DNA of 62,275 nucleotides, taken from IMG/VR virus record IMGVR_UViG_3300045738_000771, positions 1 through 62,275 of that record; one strand, 5' to 3'. Position 1 is the stretch's first letter, and each line of letters begins with the position of its first letter. This stretch comes from a virus. Lineage: Duplodnaviria > Caudoviricetes. The notes beneath the pieces are model-generated. The model made no database searches. It had not been told where the DNA came from and saw only the letters and a list, made by a program, of their open reading frames with translations. This document shows positions 45,265 to 54,583 of the stretch, one piece after another. A program made the translations under genes and the position numbers.

Positions 45265-47047
45265 TTTTAGCCGCTGGTTTAGGGGAGCTTTCAGAATCCG
45301 CTGGTTTAGGAGAGCTTGCGGAAGCCTGCTGGCGCATCGCGATCTGTTGTCTCAAGCCCTCGATCTCATCTTCAAGTTCCTGCTTGTCAGCAGATCCCTG
45401 CTCATTCAATTCGTCGATGAATACCACACCCTGAGCACCCTCATAAAATTGACGATCTCCGCCCTCAACTGGGTCTCCAAGACCTACACGTTTCCGCACT
45501 TGGTTAATACTAATCGTCCCCTTCTCAAGATAGCCTGTGTAAATATCCATCTCAGCTTCGCGGTCGCGAATATCTAGGGGGTTAAATTTCATTGCGACCA
45601 ACTGTACTCCCAAGCCCAACCTGAATAACCTATTTAGGAAAGTTTCCCACCTGCGCTGAGACGGAGTAACGATTCGATCTTTGTAAATCTCAGCTTGCGA
45701 CAGTCCTTTTCCCGACCCCAACTCGGAGTGCTCGGCGATCCCAATGATCGCTGGCGAAACACCATGAGCCGCCATAATAGACTGAGCATTAGACTTCCTA
45801 GATTCAAGGAACGAGCTTTCCTTAACGTCGGCATCTAGTTTTTCAAACCGTACCTTCACCTCGCCCCGCATTGCTGGGATCGGAATGATAAGAGTCTTAT
45901 GGGCCTTGCCTTTAACATGAGTTCCGAAGTACTCCGTGATTGCCTTCTTCACAGGCTCGGCCAGCTTCGCCCCTTCGATAATGATTGCGTATCGTGGAAC
46001 TGTATTGTGTTCAAAATACTGAAGCTGAAAATCTCGAATGTGGATGTTCGCCAACACATAGCCAAGAGCAGCCACAATGTCAGCTATCCCATAATAAATC
46101 GTACTTGCATGATGCTTAGGAATCCAAACAATCTCATTGGCGGAAGTCGAAAAATCTCCTGACGGCTTTCCAGTTTTACGATCTATCATATTCCAATCAA
46201 GATTCGATGGGCTGAGTTCTCCATCCAAGGTAGGCGCAAACGGCTCCGGCTTATTGGTAAACGGATCTTTCCGAGTTCTTGAAGTTACTTTCTGACCAAA
46301 TGGCTGATAATAAACATGTTTATCTTGGCCTAATACTTCAACAAAGCCTTTCCATCCCCGAAGTACTCGAACACGGGAAGCAGGAATATGAGAAATTCTA
46401 CGGATCTTCATATCTCGTGAACGGATAACCTCAATTGCTGCCCACCCAATAGCCTCAAAATCCATGCCCGCGCGTTCGAGGACTCCGTCAAATCCAATAA
46501 TGTCGTTGCATTCTTCGATGAACATCTGAATCTGCGCTGTTTCGGAATCAATCTTGTCGCGATCCTCATCCGTCTGCATCGCGGGGTCAAACTTTCTACC
46601 GTTGGGGAGAGCTATAGGGTCAAAAATGTAGTCCCTTCCCACAGCATCCGTGACCTTAGTTTTGACACATCGAAAATGTGTCTCATCCACCTCTAAAAAC
46701 TGAGCCAAAAGCTCCGGTGGGTACGGTGGTTCTACAATCTTTACTTGTCTGAGAGATTCGCCCAATCCAGAACGACCTATCTCCTGCTCAGACTGCGTTG
46801 TCCCAGCCACACTCTTGGAAATATCCAACAACGAAGCCTGCTTAGTAGCTGCATACAACTTCTCAGAATCCATAGACTTGAAAGATTGACGAATCACCGA
46901 GCTTTGTAAAAAATCGCTAGACACAGCCTGCCCAGAGTCAGTGATAAAACACTCCTCAATCGTGTTCTCGCCATCAACTGCGGCTGCTTGAATAGCCTCC
47001 GCAAGCGGGCCTTCCGTAAGAATTTCCACATCTTCTTTTTCGCTCAT
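45242..47047 (-). CDS. portal protein
   Basis: GWAAIEVIR, YYGI, YFEHNTVP, HGVSPAIIG, INQVRKRVGL. Confidence 0.88.
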   Translation of the reverse strand: MSEKEDVEILTEGPLAEAIQAAAVDGENTIEECFITDSGQAVSSDFLQSSVIRQSFKSMDSEKLYAATKQASLLDISKSVAGTTQSEQEIGRSGLGESLRQVKIVEPPYPPELLAQFLEVDETHFRCVKTKVTDAVGRDYIFDPIALPNGRKFDPAMQTDEDRDKIDSETAQIQMFIEECNDIIGFDGVLERAGMDFEAIGWAAIEVIRSRDMKIRRISHIPASRVRVLRGWKGFVEVLGQDKHVYYQPFGQKVTSRTRKDPFTNKPEPFAPTLDGELSPSNLDWNMIDRKTGKPSGDFSTSANEIVWIPKHHASTIYYGIADIVAALGYVLANIHIRDFQLQYFEHNTVPRYAIIIEGAKLAEPVKKAITEYFGTHVKGKAHKTLIIPIPAMRGEVKVRFEKLDADVKESSFLESRKSNAQSIMAAHGVSPAIIGIAEHSELGSGKGLSQAEIYKDRIVTPSQRRWETFLNRLFRLGLGVQLVAMKFNPLDIRDREAEMDIYTGYLEKGTISINQVRKRVGLGDPVEGGDRQFYEGAQGVVFIDELNEQGSADKQELEDEIEGLRQQIAMRQQASASSPKPADSESSPKPAAKNDDSGKK

Positions 47048-47051
47048 AATA

Positions 47052-47375
47052 TCACTGCCTTGCTGTCCATTTATTAGACACACAGTTTTCTGAAATTTCT
47101 CCGGCAACTTCAGTACAACCCGAGCTACCATCAAAGTATGCGCACGTTCCACATCTTACTTCTTTGCTAGAAGCGGGACAACTATAACCCGCATCACGTT
47201 TAGATATTTTCGTGCTTTCAACGATGTTCTTACTTACTCGTTTAGCCCATTGAGACTGACAGACCGCGCGTCTCTGGGCTGTGTCGGGAAACTCCTCAGC
47301 AGCAATCGAATCTCCCATGCAGCGACTGATAAAATCCGACTGCGACTCTTCCCCACGGGGCACAGGTAATGGCAT
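47052..47375 (-). CDS. small protein with PLP..E..DFISRCM N-domain and HiPIP-like Cys C-domain
   Basis: C-terminal CGTCAYF....CTEVAGEI....W. Confidence 0.6.
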   Translation of the reverse strand: MPLPVPRGEESQSDFISRCMGDSIAAEEFPDTAQRRAVCQSQWAKRVSKNIVESTKISKRDAGYSCPASSKEVRCGTCAYFDGSSGCTEVAGEISENCVSNKWTARQ

Positions 47376-49042
47376 TAGCCTATCTCCACATAATCTAAGA
47401 CCGCCTCTAATAACAAGTTAGCTGCCAAGAGATCATAAGAATCCGCATGTCTCTGATGATCTACACACTTAGTCCATTCATAACGAGAGTTCCCGCGAGT
47501 ATCCAGAACTGTCTGACGAATCGGATTACACATCTCCTTGGCATACCCGCCCTTCAGAATCGAGGTGTAATTCAACGGCAAGATATTCTTTTTGCTGCGA
47601 ATACTGGCAAAAGATCTATCTAAACATTCTGTCCTATCCGCATTAATCACTCTATCCATCGTGTCATAAGTCTTGCGTCTATCGGCACCCTCTCCACGAT
47701 AACGACAAAGCCAAACATCACACTCGGCCACCTCTTGAAAATCCTGCACTAACGTAACCTCGGGCATGGAATCAATAACGCACTTCTCGACATTGTATCT
47801 CGCTATTAATTCATAGAGATCGTCTAATGTTTTGACCTTTCCAATAAAAACTGCGCGTCGTCCTCCATTCCCATCTACGTGGGAGATGCGTACATCTAAG
47901 TTGCCACCCACATCTACTCCCATACTGCACGGGCCTGGGTGTCCGTCGTCTTTAACATAAGCAATTGCTGACTCTATCTCAAAGACGTAATCGTCATCCA
48001 CGCAATTATCTAACATGGTCTCCGTGACTTTGTTGCCTACAGAAACATAGGGCAGTCCCAAGTCTGAATTATAAAACTGCTGTAATTTCGCAGGATCATC
48101 CTGAGCCTTCTGAAAACGATCCCACATTCCAGCTACCGTGTTAATGGGATTGCAAAGCATACTAATATGATAGCCCTCTGTCTTATGGCCAGGATTTCTG
48201 GGAACCCAAATACCTCGGGTGCTGGCACGTTCTAACTCTCCACCACAATTAGGACAAACAATACGAATGTCTCGTCTAATTCCTAACTTCCAGTCCTTAT
48301 CCCGCAGGACATACGAAAGAACATTGCCGTCCTTTCCCAAAATAGGCTCTACAACTGTGTCAAACCAATCCAAGGTTGAAAACTTCTCGCACTTTTTGCA
48401 GGGGCCTTCCCACTCCCTCTGATCTGACTCCTGAAAATAAGCGTTAATCCCACGACCCCTATACTTAGGATTCCCAAGATACCGTCTAAACTGATATCTA
48501 GATGCTCGCAATCTATCTAAAGCATAGTCTAAATTTTCCTGATGACATTCGTCTACTTCCTCAACTACCAAAACATCACCCGGAAATTCCTTAAAATCAG
48601 CAAGCACATTTGAGCCTACATACTTAACAACGCCCTTACCAAAAGACTTCAAAGCAACACTGTCAAAAAATCCCACTCCAATTATCTTTTTGTACTCGGG
48701 CACAGCCTCAACACATCGATTGACTCGGTTCTGAACATAAGTCGTGCGAGCCTCATACTTGGGTACTACAAAGAAAACACTCAAACCAACATACGCACAG
48801 GCAAAATGGTCGATGACTGCCCACTCGGACTTGAAGCATTGCACCGAACCCTGAAGAACAATGTCCTTAGCCAGACTATTGTAGAGATCCTTAATATGAG
48901 GATACCCCACAAAATCCATCAACTCCCCGCGAGTATTCCTATGGTGATTTGTTGCAAAATTTATCCGTGCGTCACGAACTTCAATCAGCTTCTGCGCAAC
49001 GAGTAACTCTTGCTTACTTAGATCTTCCAAGCCAACTGTCAT
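47375..49042 (-). CDS. terL: terminase large subunit (GpA-like)
   Basis: VEEVD Walker B; CKKC/CPNC Zn sites; GYHIS; FYNSDLGLPY; GVDVG and VIDSMPE nuclease motifs. Confidence 0.88.
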   Translation of the reverse strand: MTVGLEDLSKQELLVAQKLIEVRDARINFATNHHRNTRGELMDFVGYPHIKDLYNSLAKDIVLQGSVQCFKSEWAVIDHFACAYVGLSVFFVVPKYEARTTYVQNRVNRCVEAVPEYKKIIGVGFFDSVALKSFGKGVVKYVGSNVLADFKEFPGDVLVVEEVDECHQENLDYALDRLRASRYQFRRYLGNPKYRGRGINAYFQESDQREWEGPCKKCEKFSTLDWFDTVVEPILGKDGNVLSYVLRDKDWKLGIRRDIRIVCPNCGGELERASTRGIWVPRNPGHKTEGYHISMLCNPINTVAGMWDRFQKAQDDPAKLQQFYNSDLGLPYVSVGNKVTETMLDNCVDDDYVFEIESAIAYVKDDGHPGPCSMGVDVGGNLDVRISHVDGNGGRRAVFIGKVKTLDDLYELIARYNVEKCVIDSMPEVTLVQDFQEVAECDVWLCRYRGEGADRRKTYDTMDRVINADRTECLDRSFASIRSKKNILPLNYTSILKGGYAKEMCNPIRQTVLDTRGNSRYEWTKCVDHQRHADSYDLLAANLLLEAVLDYVEIG

Positions 49043-49674
49043 ATAGTTCGCCCCTTTGACAGTAACTGCTCAATGTCCTTTCGGATCTCATCCGGTGATC
49101 TACTGAGAGCCGTCGAAATCAAATCTTCCTTGTCACGCTTTTCCGTATCAAAGGCGTGGTACAATCGCTCTGGCTCCTTGGGTAAAATGCCTGTCTGAAT
49201 CATGAGGTCTGTTTTCATCTGCCTAGCTTTCATAGCAGACTGAATAAATTTGGCCTTATTACTAGAAGCCTGATAAGACTTGGGCCTAGTGACCTCACCA
49301 GTTGCAGAATCAAACGTCGCGCCATCCACATCACTCTGATTAGCTTCGTACAAACACAACTCTTCAATCCTTGTCAAAAACAAGAGGCTCTCAGAAATTA
49401 TGTTCGCCGCTGGCTCCTGCTCAAGTCGCTGCCGATACTGCTTAGAATAATGCGACAGCCACCGATACACAGTACTCTGGTCAACCCCGAATGCTGCCGC
49501 GATAGCAGAAACAGGAATCCCCCGCATCTGGTTATCAAATGCTTTCGCTGCCTTATCATCAATTGACAGCGACGTAAGCTTATCCCTCTCGATGTCCTCG
49601 GGGGTTTTGTCTTTTGGCGAGGTGTCAGCTAGATCTTCGAGAAGCCCCGCTATACCTTTGATTTCTTCCGTCAT
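49039..49674 (-). CDS. terS: terminase small subunit (HTH)
   Basis: IAAAFGVDQSTVYRW HTH; directly upstream of terL. Confidence 0.65.
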   Translation of the reverse strand: MTEEIKGIAGLLEDLADTSPKDKTPEDIERDKLTSLSIDDKAAKAFDNQMRGIPVSAIAAAFGVDQSTVYRWLSHYSKQYRQRLEQEPAANIISESLLFLTRIEELCLYEANQSDVDGATFDSATGEVTRPKSYQASSNKAKFIQSAMKARQMKTDLMIQTGILPKEPERLYHAFDTEKRDKEDLISTALSRSPDEIRKDIEQLLSKGRTI

Positions 49675-49703
49675 CGGTAGCACTCCTGTAAGTTACTGAC
49701 TTT

Positions 49704-49732
49704 ATTCTAGGATATTGCTTCCGACTCATCAA
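49704..49732 (-). promoter_or_regulatory. sigma70-like promoter TTGATG-N17-TAGAAT upstream of terS
   Basis: box similarity and spacing. Confidence 0.45.
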
Positions 49733-50487
49733 CTAGAGATCGTGTCCAGCGACGTATCAATCGCCCCTGACATAAATTTAGAAACATCTTCTCCGGTATC
49801 TTTCAGGTGCTCGACAAGCCGCTTAATTGACTTGGAACAAGCATCATCGCACAGAACAACTGCCACCATTGCTCCCTTATACGTGAAAAACAAGTAATTC
49901 TGATCTATAGTCTCGGCACACTCGGCAAAAATCGTCGCGATAATGTCACTAAGCGAGTCCACTGCATACTTGTCCCGCCGAGCCTCCTCTAAAAGACCAT
50001 CCAGAAAAGTCTTCTCCTTGTCGTCCTTATCTCGAATGATGTACTTTTCAAACTCGTTCTTATCGTCAAACCCGAACAGGCTGTGCATTGCGTCGGCATC
50101 TACGTTTTCCCCCAGACTATGGACTAATGCCGTAAACTTTTTGGAATTTAAGTCGCCGGAAAGAAGATTTCTGCGAACTGTCTTGAGCTTTTGCTGAACT
50201 TCGTCCCAGTCGTAGTGAATAATCGCAGGCAATCTTATCATGCCAAGTACCTGAGCAGCTTTCCACCTATGCTCGCCGCCAATGATTTTCCATTGGGGCG
50301 TGTCATCTGTATGATCTGGATGATCCTCGAAGGGGACTACGTTCAGGGGGTGATCGAACCCGTCCTCCTTGATCTCCTCAACCAACTGATTAAATGTTTC
50401 ATCTGTCTGCTGATTAGGATTCCACTCATTAGGATGAATACAATCAATGTCGATCATGGACGCCTTCTGAACCAATACTGCCATCAT
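49729..50487 (-). CDS. ParB/Srx-like protein
   Basis: PNEWNPN...I..DGF..P...IIGGEHRWKA. Confidence 0.85.
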   Translation of the reverse strand: MMAVLVQKASMIDIDCIHPNEWNPNQQTDETFNQLVEEIKEDGFDHPLNVVPFEDHPDHTDDTPQWKIIGGEHRWKAAQVLGMIRLPAIIHYDWDEVQQKLKTVRRNLLSGDLNSKKFTALVHSLGENVDADAMHSLFGFDDKNEFEKYIIRDKDDKEKTFLDGLLEEARRDKYAVDSLSDIIATIFAECAETIDQNYLFFTYKGAMVAVVLCDDACSKSIKRLVEHLKDTGEDVSKFMSGAIDTSLDTISS

Positions 50488-51848
50488 ACTCTCCTAAATT
50501 TCATATCTGCTGAATACAAGTCCTTGGCTTTGTGACAAAGCCAAACGTAGATATTGCGATAAGCACCTATCGTAGCTATGTAAGCTGGCGTGAACAGACC
50601 AAACTTCGCCTTATACTTCTTCTCACAATACTCGATAAACTCACTAAAAGTAAACTCTTCTGGCATCTCCCCCAAAGCCACAGTAAATTTCTTATCCCAT
50701 TTCTCAAAAGCCCGCCAAGTCCCATCCACTGCATCAGAAATTCTATTAATGACCCCTTCTGCTGCCACCGAAATGTCATGGTGATCTACGAAATAATCCG
50801 CATACTTCCGCATCTTATCCCGCGACTCCTCATAATTGTCATATATCCACTTAAGTAAAGCTATCAACTCTACGGGGCTGCGATAAAAAAATGGATAATC
50901 TGCGTCCCCGACAAGACATGACGACCAAGACTTCTTAGGCAAAAGAACTGGATTACCCGTGCAAATGTTCTCACTCCAACCACACGAAAAGCCCTCGTCG
51001 ATACTCATGGAAACTGCCACATGAGAACGAGATATGAGATCAACATAGTCCTCGTAACTTTGCGAAGGGATAAACTCCACCTTAGAAAACCGCTTAGATA
51101 TATTTGATGGCATTGACGTTGTGCCCACAGCTTTAATCTGAACATCTCTCCCCATACGAAAAATATCTTCATAAACTTCCAATACCTTGTCCCACTGCTT
51201 GTTAGCGTTAAACCTTGCCGAGAACACAAAAGTAAACGTATCGAACTTTTCTACAGATCTCTCATGATCGCGAACTCGCTTTGCAGGCAAGCCCTGAGAT
51301 CTCACTGTCGAATTTGAGTGCATATCTGACAAAGCACTGGAAGACAAGAAGTCCTTAGAAAAATCTAAGGCTAACTGCTTTTCTCTAGAAGTGAGAAAAA
51401 AAGTAGGGCACTCCGCATACGCGAGAGCGCGCAGGCGAGTATCGATTGACGGACTGGAAGATAGCCCTGCACTTACCCAAGGCTCCAATACAATAACAGG
51501 GACAGCCAATTTACTGTCATACATCAAAAGTCGCTTTAGACTAGGTGCCAAAACTGTTTTAGTTGTGATGGCTGCGTCAACCTGATACTTGCCATCTATA
51601 GGATTGAAAAGAGAGTAGAGTTCATCTGATACCATTACCTGATTAGGTGTATAGGGATACCACTTACCTGACTTCACATACTCCACATTGGGGTAATGAA
51701 ATTCGTCCGGTATAACAGCTTCTTCATGCAACAGAACATAACAAAAGACATCCTTCCACTCCTGCACAAATTGCATCCAAGTTATAAAGTCACTCTCCTT
51801 ATACACATCCGTCTTGGTAGAAATGTATGGGAGAATTACTAACCTCAT
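50484..51848 (-). CDS. GT-B glycosyltransferase
   Basis: SARFNANKQW, Y..LISRSHV..SMSIDEGFSCGWSE. Confidence 0.75.
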   Translation of the reverse strand: MRLVILPYISTKTDVYKESDFITWMQFVQEWKDVFCYVLLHEEAVIPDEFHYPNVEYVKSGKWYPYTPNQVMVSDELYSLFNPIDGKYQVDAAITTKTVLAPSLKRLLMYDSKLAVPVIVLEPWVSAGLSSSPSIDTRLRALAYAECPTFFLTSREKQLALDFSKDFLSSSALSDMHSNSTVRSQGLPAKRVRDHERSVEKFDTFTFVFSARFNANKQWDKVLEVYEDIFRMGRDVQIKAVGTTSMPSNISKRFSKVEFIPSQSYEDYVDLISRSHVAVSMSIDEGFSCGWSENICTGNPVLLPKKSWSSCLVGDADYPFFYRSPVELIALLKWIYDNYEESRDKMRKYADYFVDHHDISVAAEGVINRISDAVDGTWRAFEKWDKKFTVALGEMPEEFTFSEFIEYCEKKYKAKFGLFTPAYIATIGAYRNIYVWLCHKAKDLYSADMKFRRV

Positions 51849-52474
51849 TATTTATACATCCCACAAACTGCCGCATGAGGAAGGGTGCACCTATCTACAT
51901 AAATTCTCTCGGTGAACTCCTCCATCACAGGTATAAGCCAATCAAGCGGGATGCTAAGTTCAACCGAACTAGGTCTCTTTTTCGTTAGCACTGTAAATAC
52001 TGTAGCGTGGATGCAATTATCGAACATTGCCTCGATAGACTGCTTTAGCTTATCCAAACCATCGTCGGCAAATGAAGAAAAAGCTGATATGCAAACGACT
52101 GCATCGTGCTGAGTAACTGTAGGGGCAGACAGATAATCCAACATAGAACTGTCTTTAAGATTTCCCAAAACGCCGCCAAATCCATCGGCGACCATTCTCT
52201 CCTTAGTCTCTGAGATAAAATCGGGGTTTAGATCTACTGCGGAATATCTGCTTAACATGAAATTCCTAGTTACATAATAGTAGAAAAAGTCCCCATAGCC
52301 ACATCCAACATCCAACAAAGTTCTTACAGGAACATCTTGAAGGGCTTTATGTACGGCATGAAATCTAGCTAACTGGTGCAAGTGCCACGGTCTCAAGGGG
52401 GAGTTGTAATGCAAAGACCCATCACTATACTTGTCTCGTTCTGTATCCTCATGTCTTAACATTAAACTCTCCAC
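51848..52474 (-). CDS. class I SAM-dependent methyltransferase
   Basis: LLDVGCGYGD motif I; VDLNP. Confidence 0.85.
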   Translation of the reverse strand: MESLMLRHEDTERDKYSDGSLHYNSPLRPWHLHQLARFHAVHKALQDVPVRTLLDVGCGYGDFFYYYVTRNFMLSRYSAVDLNPDFISETKERMVADGFGGVLGNLKDSSMLDYLSAPTVTQHDAVVCISAFSSFADDGLDKLKQSIEAMFDNCIHATVFTVLTKKRPSSVELSIPLDWLIPVMEEFTERIYVDRCTLPHAAVCGMYK

Positions 52475-53394
52475 TCATTGTAAGTGGCAGAAGATAGAAG
52501 ACCTGCTGCTATTTTAACTCCCAGAAGACTCTGCATTAGAGAATACTTAGGCTCAAACCCCGTGACTTCTCTGAACATGCTGTAATCCACTTCGTAATCC
52601 CGCTGGTCAGGGTCTGTCCCTATGGACATATCTATAATCTCATACTCGGGAATGATCTCCTTGACAGCTTCCAGAACCTGTCGCTTGGTGACGTTTAGCG
52701 ACTCATGCCCTGTATTAAAAATACCTCCCGACAAATCAGGGTAGTTGGCGAGTGTTAGGCTGTACGCTGACGCCATATCTCTAACGTCGATAAGAGTTCG
52801 CATGGCCTCTGTCTCGTAGGCCACAATGTAGCCGTCTGTGATTGCCTTCCAAACAAAGAAGTTCGGGAGCAGGTCAAATCTTGGGCAAGTTGTCAGGCCA
52901 AACGCTGTGGCAAATCTCAGGCACACTCCCCCCGCGCCCAAGACATACTTCTCAGCTTCCAGCTTGGTGACTCCGTACACTGTCAGTGGGTTAGTCGGGC
53001 TGTTCTCCCGACAAATATCGTCCAGCTTTCCATAGACAGACCCCGTAGAAGCCTGAATCAACTGCTGGTTGGGATTCAATCTTGAGGCCAGAAATTTAAC
53101 CGAGTCACAATTGACTTTCTGAGCTAGACGTGGCTGTCTCCGGCAGGCGGGAAAGCCCACAATACCCGCTAAATTTACTACCGCATCGACACTCTCGATA
53201 AGAGTTCCATAAAGTTCCTCGTCCTGCACATCGCCTTTGACAACTGTCAATTTCGGGTGATCTAAAATGTGCAGTATTGGGCGAACTCCCCAAAGAAAAA
53301 TATCGAGTATGGTTACTTCGTGTCCTTCGTCAAGAAGCCTCTCGGACAGAACACAGCCCTTATACCCTGCTCCTCCGGTGATTAAAACTTTCAT
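52462..53394 (-). CDS. NAD-dependent nucleotide-sugar epimerase/dehydratase
   Basis: TGGAGYKG, ASTGSVYG, YGVTK, LRFAT, DQRDY. Confidence 0.88.
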   Translation of the reverse strand: MKVLITGGAGYKGCVLSERLLDEGHEVTILDIFLWGVRPILHILDHPKLTVVKGDVQDEELYGTLIESVDAVVNLAGIVGFPACRRQPRLAQKVNCDSVKFLASRLNPNQQLIQASTGSVYGKLDDICRENSPTNPLTVYGVTKLEAEKYVLGAGGVCLRFATAFGLTTCPRFDLLPNFFVWKAITDGYIVAYETEAMRTLIDVRDMASAYSLTLANYPDLSGGIFNTGHESLNVTKRQVLEAVKEIIPEYEIIDMSIGTDPDQRDYEVDYSMFREVTGFEPKYSLMQSLLGVKIAAGLLSSATYNEWRV

Positions 53395-53441
53395 GCCGTG
53401 CTCCCCAAAAAAAACTTCTAAAAGTATGGTCTCGTAGTTGA

Positions 53442-53481
53442 TTCACAAGATTTTTTGTGAAAGTACAAGAATTATTGTGAA
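53442..53481. promoter_or_regulatory. tandem operator-like inverted repeats TTCACAA-N6-TTGTGAA
   Basis: one perfect and one degenerate copy with 20-bp period in the largest gap of the sugar cluster. Confidence 0.45.
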
Positions 53482-53485
53482 CGCT

Positions 53486-54583
53486 CTACCCTAAAACTTC
53501 TTTTATAATCTTGCTAACCAGGGATGCGTCTTCTGCTGTCAACTGTTCGTGCATGGGTAAACAAGCATGTCTGCTGCAAAACTCATGCGCCCCTGCCACA
53601 TGGTGCCGCTTGGGGTCACAAATTCCCTGCAAAGGAAGCTGTCGATAAGCGGGTATCTCGTAAATTCTGGCCGATAGCTGCACACCTTTGGCCTCCAATC
53701 TTGCCGAAAAATCATCGTAATCGAACAGATCTTCTCCAAAGAAGACTGGAAATTTGTACCAATTACTGCCTGCATAATCATACAAATGCAAACGATTGCA
53801 CGAACTTAGTTCGGAAATGTACACATCTGCCACACGCTTACGGATATCGGTTCTGGCGTCAAAAAATGGGAGCATCGCGTTCCCTACTGCTGCATCGATC
53901 TCGTTGAATCTCAGGCTATGTCCCGCGATCCGGCAGTCTGCGTCCCCAAAATCCGTAGCTTTCCCATATCTAGCCAAGCACCTTATCTCATCCAACAACC
54001 CAACATCGGAAGAAACAATGGCTCCACCTTCGCCGCAAGTCAGCCTTTTTGTGGCAGAAAGACTAAATACCGATGCGTCAGCCCAGTTTCCCGCCCTGTA
54101 ATCACCTCGAAAAGCCCCGATGGAATGTGCGGCATCCTCAATTAGCGTGACTGTATGACTCTTACAGGACTCTACGATGTCTCCGACATTCGGCGGAACC
54201 ATGCCCCCTATGGAGGTAATCACCAAAAAATCCAAGTTCTGAACGTCTGCCAACTCGACCTCAAGTGACTCTGGATGAATATCCAAAAAGCGTATGCTGG
54301 CATTATTTCGTACTGCCGAGAATATAGGGGAAGGAAAAGCGTTCCCCAAAAATCCAACTCTCTTTCCAGACGCCCCCAAAAGACTAAACAAAAGATCGAA
54401 CGCTGTCGTATTGCTATTAACTAAAGCCACATCAGAGAACCCGAACTTCGTTTTCAGTGACTCCTCAAATCTCTCCACCTGAACATCTCGAACCAATCTC
54501 CCAGAAGAAAGCACATCCCAGACGTTGCTTGAAACTGAAGATTTCATCTCGTCGGTAAAGTGAAGAACCGATCCTTTTATCAT
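53486..54583 (-). CDS. DegT/DnrJ/EryC1/StrS PLP-dependent sugar aminotransferase
   Basis: IEDAAHS, FSLSATKRLTCGEGG (catalytic Lys), CLPMH. Confidence 0.9.
   Translation of the reverse strand: MIKGSVLHFTDEMKSSVSSNVWDVLSSGRLVRDVQVERFEESLKTKFGFSDVALVNSNTTAFDLLFSLLGASGKRVGFLGNAFPSPIFSAVRNNASIRFLDIHPESLEVELADVQNLDFLVITSIGGMVPPNVGDIVESCKSHTVTLIEDAAHSIGAFRGDYRAGNWADASVFSLSATKRLTCGEGGAIVSSDVGLLDEIRCLARYGKATDFGDADCRIAGHSLRFNEIDAAVGNAMLPFFDARTDIRKRVADVYISELSSCNRLHLYDYAGSNWYKFPVFFGEDLFDYDDFSARLEAKGVQLSARIYEIPAYRQLPLQGICDPKRHHVAGAHEFCSRHACLPMHEQLTAEDASLVSKIIKEVLG
53787..53800. repeat. dispersed palindrome TGCAA-ACGA-TTGCA (copy 11)
   Basis: read directly; inside the aminotransferase CDS. Confidence 0.9.
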
